A stretch of 64,000 bases of DNA. Source: Nitrosarchaeum sp. (lineage in GTDB: Archaea; Thermoproteota; Nitrososphaeria; Nitrososphaerales; Nitrosopumilaceae). Both the position numbers and the translations under genes were made by a program. The DNA lies in the NCBI GenBank assembly GCA_965223865.1, contig OZ245020.1, positions 1,024,001-1,088,000 of the forward strand, given 5' to 3'. Position 1 is the stretch's first letter, and every line of letters starts with the position of its first letter. A model generated the notes under the pieces. It saw nothing but the letters and a program-made list of their open reading frames with translations. It was not told the origin of the DNA and searched no databases. Positions 48,530 through 57,271 of the stretch are shown one piece after another.

Positions 48530-48546
48530 TAGAACTACTTATGAAT
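48530..48546 (+). promoter_or_regulatory. AGAAGAACTTATGAA motif variant
   Basis: TAGAACTACTTATGAAT; same side of the repeat region as the 18081 copy; followed only by a 12-codon ORF. Confidence 0.5.
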
Positions 48547-48653
48547 CTCCAGATAAAAAAGGAAAAACGTGTGGATGGGAATTGCTACGGTTTTGTTATT
48601 ACCCTAATCGTATATGATGCTCATTCCAGACAAATAATGTGTGAATAGTGAAT

Positions 48654-49283
48654 TTATTTTTTTGAACTGTAAATGACATAAATTGTTCTTACCCATGTCT
48701 TTTTGATTTCTTTAGGATCTTTTCCGGCAAGTTTCTCTAAAAATAGGCCCCTAAACACTGCAATCATTCCATTTGCAATCTCTAGTAACTCTGCATCATT
48801 ATATCCTTCCAGTATCCCAATTTGTGGTCTTATTTGTTTAATGGATCCAACTACTATCCGTGCAATTTCTTTATCTTGCATTGTCATCATTTCTCTTAAT
48901 TTTGGATTGTTCCCAGACTCAATTCTTCCTTCAAGCCATAATCTTTCAAACTCACTTGGTTCTGAAGAGGTCAAGTCATAATATTTTTTCAAATCTTCAA
49001 ACATGTTTTCTCTTTTTTTGAACAATTTACCTCCTTTTTTTTCAAAAATCTCAAATACTCTCTGAAATTCTTGTTTAACACCCAGTCTTAGAACCTGAAA
49101 AAATAATTCTTCCTTACTGTGAAAATGATAAAACAACGAACCCTTACTTACCCCTGCAGCAGATACAATTTCATTCATTGATGTTTTTTGATATCCGTTT
49201 TTTGCAAATTTTTTTGTGGCTACCTTGATAATCTTTTTTTGTACCTGTGTAAGGGGTTTTTCATTTATGTTTAATTTCTCCAT
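48654..49283 (-). CDS. TetR/AcrR family transcriptional regulator
   Basis: FAKNGYQKTSMNEIVSAAGVSKGSLFYHFHSKEELF. Confidence 0.92.
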   Translation of the reverse strand: MEKLNINEKPLTQVQKKIIKVATKKFAKNGYQKTSMNEIVSAAGVSKGSLFYHFHSKEELFFQVLRLGVKQEFQRVFEIFEKKGGKLFKKRENMFEDLKKYYDLTSSEPSEFERLWLEGRIESGNNPKLREMMTMQDKEIARIVVGSIKQIRPQIGILEGYNDAELLEIANGMIAVFRGLFLEKLAGKDPKEIKKTWVRTIYVIYSSKK

Positions 49284-49359
49284 ACTCTAATTCTTATTGC
49301 TAGTGACTCTTAATGATTTAATGTTTGTGATATTTTTTCATACAATAATATTACTGACT

Positions 49360-49371
49360 GACCGGACGGTC
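49360..49371. promoter_or_regulatory. Putative TetR operator
   Basis: Palindrome GACCG-GA-CGGTC between divergent tetR and monooxygenase, beside TTTATAT. Confidence 0.55.
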
Positions 49372-49402
49372 GATTTATATAATATTGTGCAGATTTAATA
49401 AC

Positions 49403-50599
49403 ATGTCAACATCAGATGATAAAAAAATTGCAATAATTGGATGTGGAATTGCAGGTGCTGTTCTTGCAATGGCTTTACAAAAATGTGGAATTTCTAGTAC
49501 TATTTACGAATCACAAAGTGCAGAGGATAGCAGTGGTGGATGGTTTTTGTACCTTGGTCCCAATGGAATGGACGTATTCAAAACATTAGGGATGCAGGAA
49601 ACTGTAAGAGAACACGGTTATGAATGCAAAAACCTAGCATTTGAAAACAAACTTGGCATTCCCATAGCTAAGGTGGATACAACCCATGATGAACAAAAAT
49701 ATGGCTCACATGGAGTAGTCATTAAACGTTCGTCATTACATAAACTCTTACGTGAGGAACTTGAATCGCGTGGAATTCAAATAGAATGGAATAAGAAAAT
49801 AACCGACATCAAAACTAATGATTCCACTACAGTACTTTTCAAAGATCAAAGTAGCATTGAATGTGATTACATCATAGGATGTGATGGTCTTTATTCTCAG
49901 ACTAGAAAAATCATAATGCCTGATGCTCCTGTCCCCCGATATTCAGGCAACGTCCTTGCAGGTGCAATAACTCAAAGACAAATTAATGCCCCTGTAAACA
50001 GGTTGTCATTTCATTATGGAAAAAAAGCATACATGGTTTATTTTGTAACTCCAGATCATGAGGCGTTATGGGGTGCAGTAATTCCCGTTCCCGAAGAATC
50101 CCTCTCAGAAATAAAGTCCCTTTCTTATCCAGAATGGAGGGAAAAAGTATTGGATGAATATGAAAAGGATGCAGACTATTTCTCAAAATTCATTCAGGAT
50201 AATGAAAATATTAACCGAATTCCATTATATGACTTGGAATCACTTCCATCGTGGCATAAAGGAAATGTGTGTCTTGTTGGAGATTCTGCACATGCGATGA
50301 CTCCTCATGCAGGGCAAGGTGCATCAATGGCACTAGAAAGTTCCATTATTTTGGCAAAATGTATACGTGACATACCTGATACTCAAAAAGCATTTGCAAA
50401 ATTCCAGGAATTGCGAAAACCAAGAGTAGAACACATGATATTACAAGCAAGGAAGCAGGGTAAATTCTCCACAATGACTAATCCCGTAATGAAATGGTTT
50501 AGGGCAAAACTTCTTCCGTTGATGATAAAACGTGGTTCTAGTCAGTTAGATGAAATCTACAACTACAAAACTGATTGGGATAAAAAAATAGAAACATGA
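49403..50599 (+). CDS. FAD-dependent monooxygenase
   Basis: IIGCGIAG, IGCDGLYS, LVGDSAHAMTPHAGQGASMA. Confidence 0.92.
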   Translation: MSTSDDKKIAIIGCGIAGAVLAMALQKCGISSTIYESQSAEDSSGGWFLYLGPNGMDVFKTLGMQETVREHGYECKNLAFENKLGIPIAKVDTTHDEQKYGSHGVVIKRSSLHKLLREELESRGIQIEWNKKITDIKTNDSTTVLFKDQSSIECDYIIGCDGLYSQTRKIIMPDAPVPRYSGNVLAGAITQRQINAPVNRLSFHYGKKAYMVYFVTPDHEALWGAVIPVPEESLSEIKSLSYPEWREKVLDEYEKDADYFSKFIQDNENINRIPLYDLESLPSWHKGNVCLVGDSAHAMTPHAGQGASMALESSIILAKCIRDIPDTQKAFAKFQELRKPRVEHMILQARKQGKFSTMTNPVMKWFRAKLLPLMIKRGSSQLDEIYNYKTDWDKKIET

Positions 50600-50634
50600 G
50601 TTCAACGTCTGGGGCTTAGATTTAGGTAAGTAAA

Positions 50635-51702
50635 ATGGGAATTGAAGAAAAAATCAAGAATCATGTTACATCTGGGAAAAGTCCCGGAATTTCTGTTGGG
50701 TTAATCAATGAAAGTGGCATTCAAACTTTCAATTACGGTGAAATTAAAAAAAAATCAAATACGGTACCCACTCCTGATACTACTTTTGAAATTGGTTCAA
50801 TGACAAAAACATTTACTGCAATACTTGCAGTTCGATTACAACAAGAAGGGATTTTATCTCTTGACGAACATATAACTGAATTTTTGCCAGAGTTAAAAGA
50901 TTCTATGTTTGACAAAAATAATGTCACTTTATATCATCTTCTAACTCATACCTCAGGAATTTCCGAATTTTCCTTGTCTGTCTTTGTTTCACAAATGTCT
51001 TCAATAATGTTTACAGGAAAATCACACATTACTGAATATGAATACGATACAGAAAAATTTCTAAATTATATTTCTACATTAAAATTAAAAAATTTACCTG
51101 GAAGTACATGGATGTATTCAAATCTGGGTTTTGGTTTGGTAGGAAAAATACTTGAAAGAATAACTGGAAAATCATATGAAGATCTTGTAAAAAATCATAT
51201 TTGTAATGTACTTGATATGAAGAATACTGGAATTGATGTTTTAGAACCCTCTAAAAATGGGTTAGCAACTGGTTATTCTTTTAGGAGCGAACAATCAGAT
51301 TACTGGAATGTGCCTGCAATACAGGCCGCAGCAAGTTTACGTTCAACTACATCGGATACGCTAAAATTCCTGAAAGCGAATCTAGGTTTGAGCAAAACAA
51401 AACTTTCACCCGTTTTTGAATACTGTCAAAATACCAAAACCACTACAAAAATCCCCACATCTATGAAATTATTTACAAAATCTGTTGGAATTTTCTTGTC
51501 TACTTTTCGTATAGGGTGGTTTGTGTTTCCACAAGAAAATGTCGATGTTCTTGGACATGATGGTGGCACACAAGGGTTTTCTAGTTTCATGTGCATGAAT
51601 CTGCAAAACCAATCAGCTGTTGTTATTCTAACAAACAGAGCAATGAAACCTGTCCACAGATTAGGACTATCATTAATTAAAGAAATGGAAAATGAGAGTT
51701 AA
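50635..51702 (+). CDS. Serine hydrolase, beta-lactamase class C-like (paralog of 40818-41909)
   Basis: EIGSMTKTFTAIL, YSN, HDGG. Confidence 0.9.
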   Translation: MGIEEKIKNHVTSGKSPGISVGLINESGIQTFNYGEIKKKSNTVPTPDTTFEIGSMTKTFTAILAVRLQQEGILSLDEHITEFLPELKDSMFDKNNVTLYHLLTHTSGISEFSLSVFVSQMSSIMFTGKSHITEYEYDTEKFLNYISTLKLKNLPGSTWMYSNLGFGLVGKILERITGKSYEDLVKNHICNVLDMKNTGIDVLEPSKNGLATGYSFRSEQSDYWNVPAIQAAASLRSTTSDTLKFLKANLGLSKTKLSPVFEYCQNTKTTTKIPTSMKLFTKSVGIFLSTFRIGWFVFPQENVDVLGHDGGTQGFSSFMCMNLQNQSAVVILTNRAMKPVHRLGLSLIKEMENES

Positions 51703-52714
51703 AAGATTCTTCAAGTATTTGAGCATCAGTATTGCCATTTTGATTTTAGGTTTTCTTGCTGTAGCACAAATTGCATATCAAAGTGTACCTCAAATCGAAC
51801 CTCCAGGTAAAATGTACTCTGTTAATGGTGGAGAAGTTCACATGTATTGTACTGGGCCAGAAGATAACAACAAACCAACCATCATCATCATATCTGGCGG
51901 AGGCACTCCTAGTTTTCTGTATTTTGATCTTCAAGAAAAACTCTCTGAAAATATTCGCACTTGCACATATGATACTGCAGGAATTGGGTGGAGTAAAGCA
52001 AATGATATTCCATATACTACACAAAACATGTCTGATGAATTGTATCAACTACTTCAAACTGCACACATTGATGGCCCAATAATCTTGGCAGGACATTCTC
52101 TTGGAGGAATTGTAAGCTTGATTTACAGTGACGAGCATGAGGAACAAGTTGCAGGAATTGCTTTTATTGATTCAAGCCACTATAATCAATTCGATTATTT
52201 TGGAGAAGAATATCGAGATGCGACATTCAATCAAATTGATGAGCATCTGCCAAATTTCTGGCTAATAGATCTAGGAAATAATCTTGGAGTTTTTAGACTA
52301 ATGGCCATCTTTAACACATCCATGACAGAAGAACAGGCAGAAGAATTCAAGATAGTGGATTCTCTTAATAGGTGGAATCCGCCATATTCTACAATGAAAT
52401 CCATGGCCAGTAATCTCAAGTTGTCTTTTGAACAAGGAAAAGAAGTACATTATGACAGAGGGGATTTGCCAATAGTTGTTCTTTCAGCAGCAGATCCAAT
52501 TGCAGGTGCTTCTCAAGAAATAGGAGGCGTATCTACAGAGGAGTTTAGAGAAGGTTTTGATGTACTTCAGAAAGACTTGGCAGCATTGTCAAGTAATGGC
52601 AAACACATCTTTGTAAATGGAACAAATCATATCAGCATAGTGGACAGTGATGAAACTGCAGATCATATTCTAAGTTTAATCCCTCTGATTGGAGAAAAAA
52701 TAGAAAATGGATGA
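51692..52714 (+). CDS. Membrane-anchored alpha/beta hydrolase
   Basis: GHSLGG nucleophile elbow; N-terminal TM. Confidence 0.9.
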   Translation: MRVKRFFKYLSISIAILILGFLAVAQIAYQSVPQIEPPGKMYSVNGGEVHMYCTGPEDNNKPTIIIISGGGTPSFLYFDLQEKLSENIRTCTYDTAGIGWSKANDIPYTTQNMSDELYQLLQTAHIDGPIILAGHSLGGIVSLIYSDEHEEQVAGIAFIDSSHYNQFDYFGEEYRDATFNQIDEHLPNFWLIDLGNNLGVFRLMAIFNTSMTEEQAEEFKIVDSLNRWNPPYSTMKSMASNLKLSFEQGKEVHYDRGDLPIVVLSAADPIAGASQEIGGVSTEEFREGFDVLQKDLAALSSNGKHIFVNGTNHISIVDSDETADHILSLIPLIGEKIENG

Positions 52715-52961
52715 AGAAAACAAATTCTATCTGTCAAATGCCCTAAAAGAAACAATACGGGAAAAAGCAGACACTGGAAAAAATCAATTTATCTTTGTTG
52801 GAATTGTCGATGAGAATGATACTGATTACTATTACTATAGAAATACTGCAAAAGACGGATTGCCCATGATTAAGTTCACCGTTTACGATCGTGTCTGCCA
52901 AAATAAGAGACAGGAAGACTTGCTTATCGAGTCAATCTCAAATATCGTGTTCTCATTATAG
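52707..52961 (+). CDS. Hypothetical protein
   Basis: 84-aa ORF overlapping the upstream stop. Confidence 0.55.
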   Translation: MDEENKFYLSNALKETIREKADTGKNQFIFVGIVDENDTDYYYYRNTAKDGLPMIKFTVYDRVCQNKRQEDLLIESISNIVFSL

Positions 52962-53152
52962 ATGATCCAGTCAAAAAGTTCTTGCCAGAAAATGTCAAGG
53001 TTCCATCAAAAAGGATGGAAAAAAGAATAGAACTTTGATTGAGTCATTCTAATTTCAATCATAACAAAGTTACTATATCCTTAAGTTCAAACTTTGACGT
53101 CTTCAACATTAGAAATGAATTCTGATACAGATAGGCATTTCGTTTAAAATAC

Positions 53153-53458
53153 ATGATAAAATTGGCCAAAGGACACAGAGATAGAATATACATCAGGAAG
53201 GACATCCTCTTAAAATTGTATGACTCAGGAGAGATGAATCAAAGTAGATTACTAAGCGAGTGTGGGTTAAACAATTCAAAACACAAAGAAATCTTGGAGG
53301 ATTTAGCTAAAAATGGGTTTATAGAACACAAAAACGAGCTAGAAGGAAAAAAATCTATCTCGAAATACAAGATCACTCAAAAAGGAATTGAAATTCTAAA
53401 TGAAATTTTTGAACGATATGAACTATTATTTCCAAGAGGAGATAATGTTGAATCATAA
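53153..53458 (+). CDS. Winged-helix DNA-binding protein
   Basis: QSRLLSECGLN..YKITQKG. Confidence 0.8.
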   Translation: MIKLAKGHRDRIYIRKDILLKLYDSGEMNQSRLLSECGLNNSKHKEILEDLAKNGFIEHKNELEGKKSISKYKITQKGIEILNEIFERYELLFPRGDNVES

Positions 53459-53502
53459 CAAAGTTACTCAATCAATAAGTATCATACAGGAGATAAGCTG
53501 CC

Positions 53503-54393
53503 ATGTTTAATTCTGACAATCAGAATAGAGGGAGAAAACGACAAAGCATTTTTGAGACTATTGACAGTGTAACATACCACCTCCATCTTTCAAAAAAGAT
53601 GTTTCTGATTATGATCATCACAGCAATGATTATTCCTCCTGCAGTATTAACTGGTGTAGTTATTGGTGGGGAAATGACAGATGGTGGACCAAGAGTGATA
53701 AAACTTAACTCCCTTGTAGACCAATTAGAAAACCGGGAAATATCATCACAGGAATTCGTTGATGAAACTCGACATGTACAATCAGCTCCTTTGTATGGGG
53801 GACCAAAAATAGGGTACTATCTTAATTTTGTAATTTGGGCTACCATGTTGTTTTGGATAGGTTATGGAATAAGACAATGGCTAATTCATTCAAGACTTAA
53901 CAGCAAATACCAGTCACTGAAAACTGCACAAAATTTGGATTTACAAAATACAAAGAGTAAAAGAAAGAACTTTTTTGAGATTGCAGATTACGCAATACAA
54001 GAGCTAAATTCTACCAAGAAAATATTTTTTATAATGTTGGCCTTGGCAGTAGTCATACCTCCACTGTTAATGACTGGATTTGCATTACTAGTAGTGGAGC
54101 CAATACATGCACCTCTTATGATCAAAACAGATGAACTGCTATTGCAATTAGAGAATGAGGAAATTACAGTAGAATCTTTTGTTGAGCAATACCGAGATAT
54201 CAGATCTTTTTACCTTCTGGGAAATGGCAAGTTTACTCCATTGCTTTATGTGGTTGTGATAAAACTGTTAATTTCATTATTTTGGATTTGGTATGGTATT
54301 AAGCAATGGTTATCACACACAAAATGGAACAAAAAATATGCGGAATTTCAGATAAAAGATGATGAAATCAATCATAAATTAGGTAAAACATGA
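53503..54393 (+). CDS. Membrane protein with internal duplication
   Basis: Two halves each with FE..KK.F.IM..IPP...WYG/GYGI.QWL.H...N.KY. Confidence 0.8.
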   Translation: MFNSDNQNRGRKRQSIFETIDSVTYHLHLSKKMFLIMIITAMIIPPAVLTGVVIGGEMTDGGPRVIKLNSLVDQLENREISSQEFVDETRHVQSAPLYGGPKIGYYLNFVIWATMLFWIGYGIRQWLIHSRLNSKYQSLKTAQNLDLQNTKSKRKNFFEIADYAIQELNSTKKIFFIMLALAVVIPPLLMTGFALLVVEPIHAPLMIKTDELLLQLENEEITVESFVEQYRDIRSFYLLGNGKFTPLLYVVVIKLLISLFWIWYGIKQWLSHTKWNKKYAEFQIKDDEINHKLGKT

Positions 54394-54466
54394 GCTAAAA
54401 ATATCTATATTAATTTAGATAAAAGTTCTTTCCTTGGAAACAAATCATAACCTAATACATAATACC

Positions 54467-55033
54467 TTATTTGGAATTCTCCTCTATCCATTCTATAATT
54501 TCAAAGACGTGTGTGTCAGGCGGAAAAACTGGATAAAATACTTTCACTATTTTTGCGTCTTTGACAATCAGTGTGAGTCTTTTGTACATTGTTTTATCTT
54601 CCATCTGAAAGGTTGGAATGTCCAGTTTATCTTTGAATTCCAAACAGGCATCAGATAACAGTATTTGAGACAACCCTCTCAATTTTGATAACTTTGATAG
54701 TTTTTCTTTTGGTTGAGCTGAAACTCCAATTGGAATTGTATCGTATTTTAGCAATTCATCCTGATTTTGACTAATTGTGACGTTTTGAGGGGTACATCCA
54801 CGTGCGCCTGGAATATCATTCCATCCTGATGGCAAATCTTCTTCATTGATTGCCATCATTGGAAAGAAGTACAAAATCACAAATTTGTAGTCAAGATCAC
54901 AAATATTCAATAAATTTCCATCTTTATCTGAGAGGGTCATGTCAGGAATTATCTTTCCTACAAGATAATCGCATGCACCGTCATCTTCGGGTTTTGGAAG
55001 ATTAGCAGGAAGCTTTGCAAAATCTTTATTCAT
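54467..55033 (-). CDS. Peroxiredoxin / redoxin family protein
   Basis: LPKPEDDGACD, IPGARGCTPQ, KVFYPVFPPD. Confidence 0.88.
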   Translation of the reverse strand: MNKDFAKLPANLPKPEDDGACDYLVGKIIPDMTLSDKDGNLLNICDLDYKFVILYFFPMMAINEEDLPSGWNDIPGARGCTPQNVTISQNQDELLKYDTIPIGVSAQPKEKLSKLSKLRGLSQILLSDACLEFKDKLDIPTFQMEDKTMYKRLTLIVKDAKIVKVFYPVFPPDTHVFEIIEWIEENSK

Positions 55034-55464
55034 TTGACCTTTCAGGAATTTTCTCTCATCTATAAAATTGTGTTTAGAAAACAATAATGATGCTATTTCA
55101 AATCTTCCAATTGGCCTACTCTGCCACTTTGCTCTCAGAAACAGAGACCATACTCATCTTTAGTATGATTCAGTAGTTTTGTTATCAACACAATTTTAGG
55201 TTCTGCCAATTTTTTCCATAATATGCTTGTCCCAAAAATTGAGAACAAAATTTATGCATTGAATTATCTCATAGCATCAAAGCCACCTAATACAGGGGAG
55301 CCTATCACCACTGCAAAAGTAACTATTATCCCTAATGCAGCAATTACAATACCAAAACGTCTGTTCATACAAAACATGGGATTGTTTTAGTTAAAAAGTA
55401 TCTTGATTATTTTTTTGGAAATTATGTTACAATTGCTTTTATAATAAATTTGAATTGAGTTGCA

Positions 55465-55722
55465 ATGATGGAAGAATATGAAATTACTTGTGTTAAGCAA
55501 GATTTTTTTGGAAACATAACGGATGTAAAAGTCAACGGGAAACAGCTCCGTTCAGAGACGATCATACATTGGTTACGAACTGAAAGATACAAGTTCTATG
55601 TGTTTAAAGGAGAACACAAAGCTTACGTTTATCCAAAAAGAAATTGGTTTTCAGGATGGTTTTTAACAACGGATCCACACAGTGACCAAGCAAACAACTT
55701 AGAATTTTTGTGTGAATGTTAA
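55465..55722 (+). CDS. DUF3892-like protein
   Basis: YEITCV..FLTTDP...NNL. Confidence 0.65.
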   Translation: MMEEYEITCVKQDFFGNITDVKVNGKQLRSETIIHWLRTERYKFYVFKGEHKAYVYPKRNWFSGWFLTTDPHSDQANNLEFLCEC

Positions 55723-55900
55723 AGATTCCAACAAAATCGACAAAAAAACACGCCATAACCACTTGTTATTCAATTTGATTAATCCGTTAAGTGAGAGTTC
55801 TTAGTTCAAGTGACAATTCTGTTGAAAATAATTTTAAAAAAATATCAACATCTATCATTTTTTGGATTATTATTTCCATGCATGTCTTTTATTTTACAAT

Positions 55901-56215
55901 CTAACCTGTAGTCAAAAACAATATTGCTCTTGCTATGTCACCTTTTGCCTCAACTAGTGCATTTTTTGCCTTTTCTCTGTCCACTCCTGCTTGTTGGGCA
56001 ACAAGATTGACATCTTCCTCAGAAAAAACAGGAATCTCGTCTTCCAGTACGCCAAATTTCTTTACAAGTTCTTCACTGTCCTGACTCATTACTAGATCAC
56101 TCCACGCAACCCCATTGTGATCTGAGACGTGGTTTATGCAGTATACTCCCCTATGGATCAGACAAAAATGTGTGGCATGTTGCTTGCACACATCACATTT
56201 TGCAGGAAATTCCAT
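55901..56215 (-). CDS. Cys/His-rich domain fused to NAC-type C-terminal UBA-like domain
   Basis: CDVC..HFC..H..C..H; [34 protein letters not shown]; start uncertain (56215 or 56344). Confidence 0.65.
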   Translation of the reverse strand: MEFPAKCDVCKQHATHFCLIHRGVYCINHVSDHNGVAWSDLVMSQDSEELVKKFGVLEDEIPVFSEEDVNLVAQQAGVDREKAKNALVEAKGDIARAILFLTTG

Positions 56216-56349
56216 TTGATTAACATCAAAGGCGATATGTTTTCTAAAATCAAAGATACTGCATTCTACAGCATGTTCATCCACAGGTTTTTTCACTAGT
56301 CTAGATATTATTAGAATTTCCGCCTTATGGATTTTTTTTACCATTTATG

Positions 56350-56405
56350 TTTCCACGTGGGTACGAAAAATATCCGCCTAACTATATCCCCCATCATGTT
56401 GTGCT
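56350..56405. repeat. Half copy of the 43001-43100 element
   Basis: TTTCCACGTGGGTAC...CTAACTATATCCCC.ATCATGTTGTGCT. Confidence 0.8.
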
Positions 56406-56586
56406 CCCAATCAAATTTGAATCCATCAAAAATATTCTCTTTTATTGATGATATTGTTCAGTCTTACTAATACCTAATTATGATTATTGATTCGATAAAG
56501 ATTTTAGAAAGATACCTCGTATAATTTTAGAAGAAAATGACAATCTTACTAGATCATTATCCTACATACACAAAAAATACCGTATT

Positions 56587-56611
56587 TGGAACCCAAAACT
56601 TAGGGGTTCCA
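56587..56611. other. Hairpin just downstream of the tRNA 3' end
   Basis: TGGAACCC-N9-GGGTTCCA. Confidence 0.5.
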
Positions 56612-56625
56612 TACAGTGGAGTGTA

Positions 56626-56716
56626 TGGACCGGATGGGATTTGAACCCACGACCTTTGCGGGAAATTCCTTACGCAGTGTGAGTGCGTTATCCAAACCAA
56701 ACTAGACGACCGGTCC
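56626..56716 (-). tRNA. tRNA-Val(CAC) with 16-nt non-canonical intron (56655-56670)
   Basis: Acceptor GGACCGG/CCGGTCC-A; anticodon arm ACGCA-CTCACAC-TGCGT; T arm GTGGG-TTCAAAT-CCCAT; BHB motif. Confidence 0.92.
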
Positions 56717-56811
56717 AACAAATAAACAAAACAAGAACCTTTTTTGTCTTTAGGTTAGGCTGTATATTGCGATAACCTTGACCTTTTCTACTTCTACTCA
56801 AAATAATTATT

Positions 56812-57060
56812 GTGTCTCTGCAAGAATTTGATGCAATTATAGATAAAATGCAATTAGCATTTGAATACTCTCTAAATCTAGGCCAACCTATTGAAGCGGT
56901 AAAGATTCTGTACCAAATGAATGAGCAATTACCTGATGACTTGCAATTATTATTTGAAGATCCCGAAAATGAAGATGCTGTAGACTCATTTATCTCCCAA
57001 TACAAAACTCAGATAAAATCTGCAATAGTCGAATATAGGCAAAGATTGATGAGTTATTAA
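56812..57060 (+). CDS. Hypothetical protein
   Basis: 82-aa acidic ORF. Confidence 0.65.
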   Translation: MSLQEFDAIIDKMQLAFEYSLNLGQPIEAVKILYQMNEQLPDDLQLLFEDPENEDAVDSFISQYKTQIKSAIVEYRQRLMSY

Positions 57061-57071
57061 AATTAAAAATT

Positions 57072-57239
57072 CTATTTTTTTACGCCAAGGTTTCTGTTCT
57101 TTAGTCTCAAGTATGGATTTCTACATTTTCTGCATCTTGTAGCTCCTATGTCATTTCTACAACCACAATTAAAACAGATTCTCATGACAAGACGGGAATT
57201 TTGAGCAATACGTTTCTTTTCTGGATCTGTGATTGGCAT
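57072..57239 (-). CDS. rpl40e: 50S ribosomal protein L40e
   Basis: MPITDPEKKRIAQ..ICFNCG..ATRCRKC..LRLKN (55 aa; translated by hand). Confidence 0.92.
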   Translation of the reverse strand: MPITDPEKKRIAQNSRLVMRICFNCGCRNDIGATRCRKCRNPYLRLKNRNLGVKK

Positions 57240-57271
57240 TGATTTACTCCTCTCTGTATCTCTCTTTTATT

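Larger units (their letters stand above)
2420..56620. mobile_element. Accessory genomic island / hypervariable region adjacent to tRNA-Val 3' end (boundaries approximate)
   Basis: Hypothetical surface proteins, pseudogenes, paralog pairs, a defence gene and repeats between backbone-like genes; ends at a tRNA. No integrase or att duplication seen. Confidence 0.65.

Noticed and set aside
47871-48530. ORFs 47871-48113, 47968-48204, 48261-48530 and the 48010 start
   Set aside because: They run through the repeat region, and the homologous copy at 18.2-18.6 kb does not preserve them.
2420-56620. Provirus or conjugative element
   Set aside because: No recognisable capsid, terminase, packaging ATPase, relaxase, replication or integrase gene.
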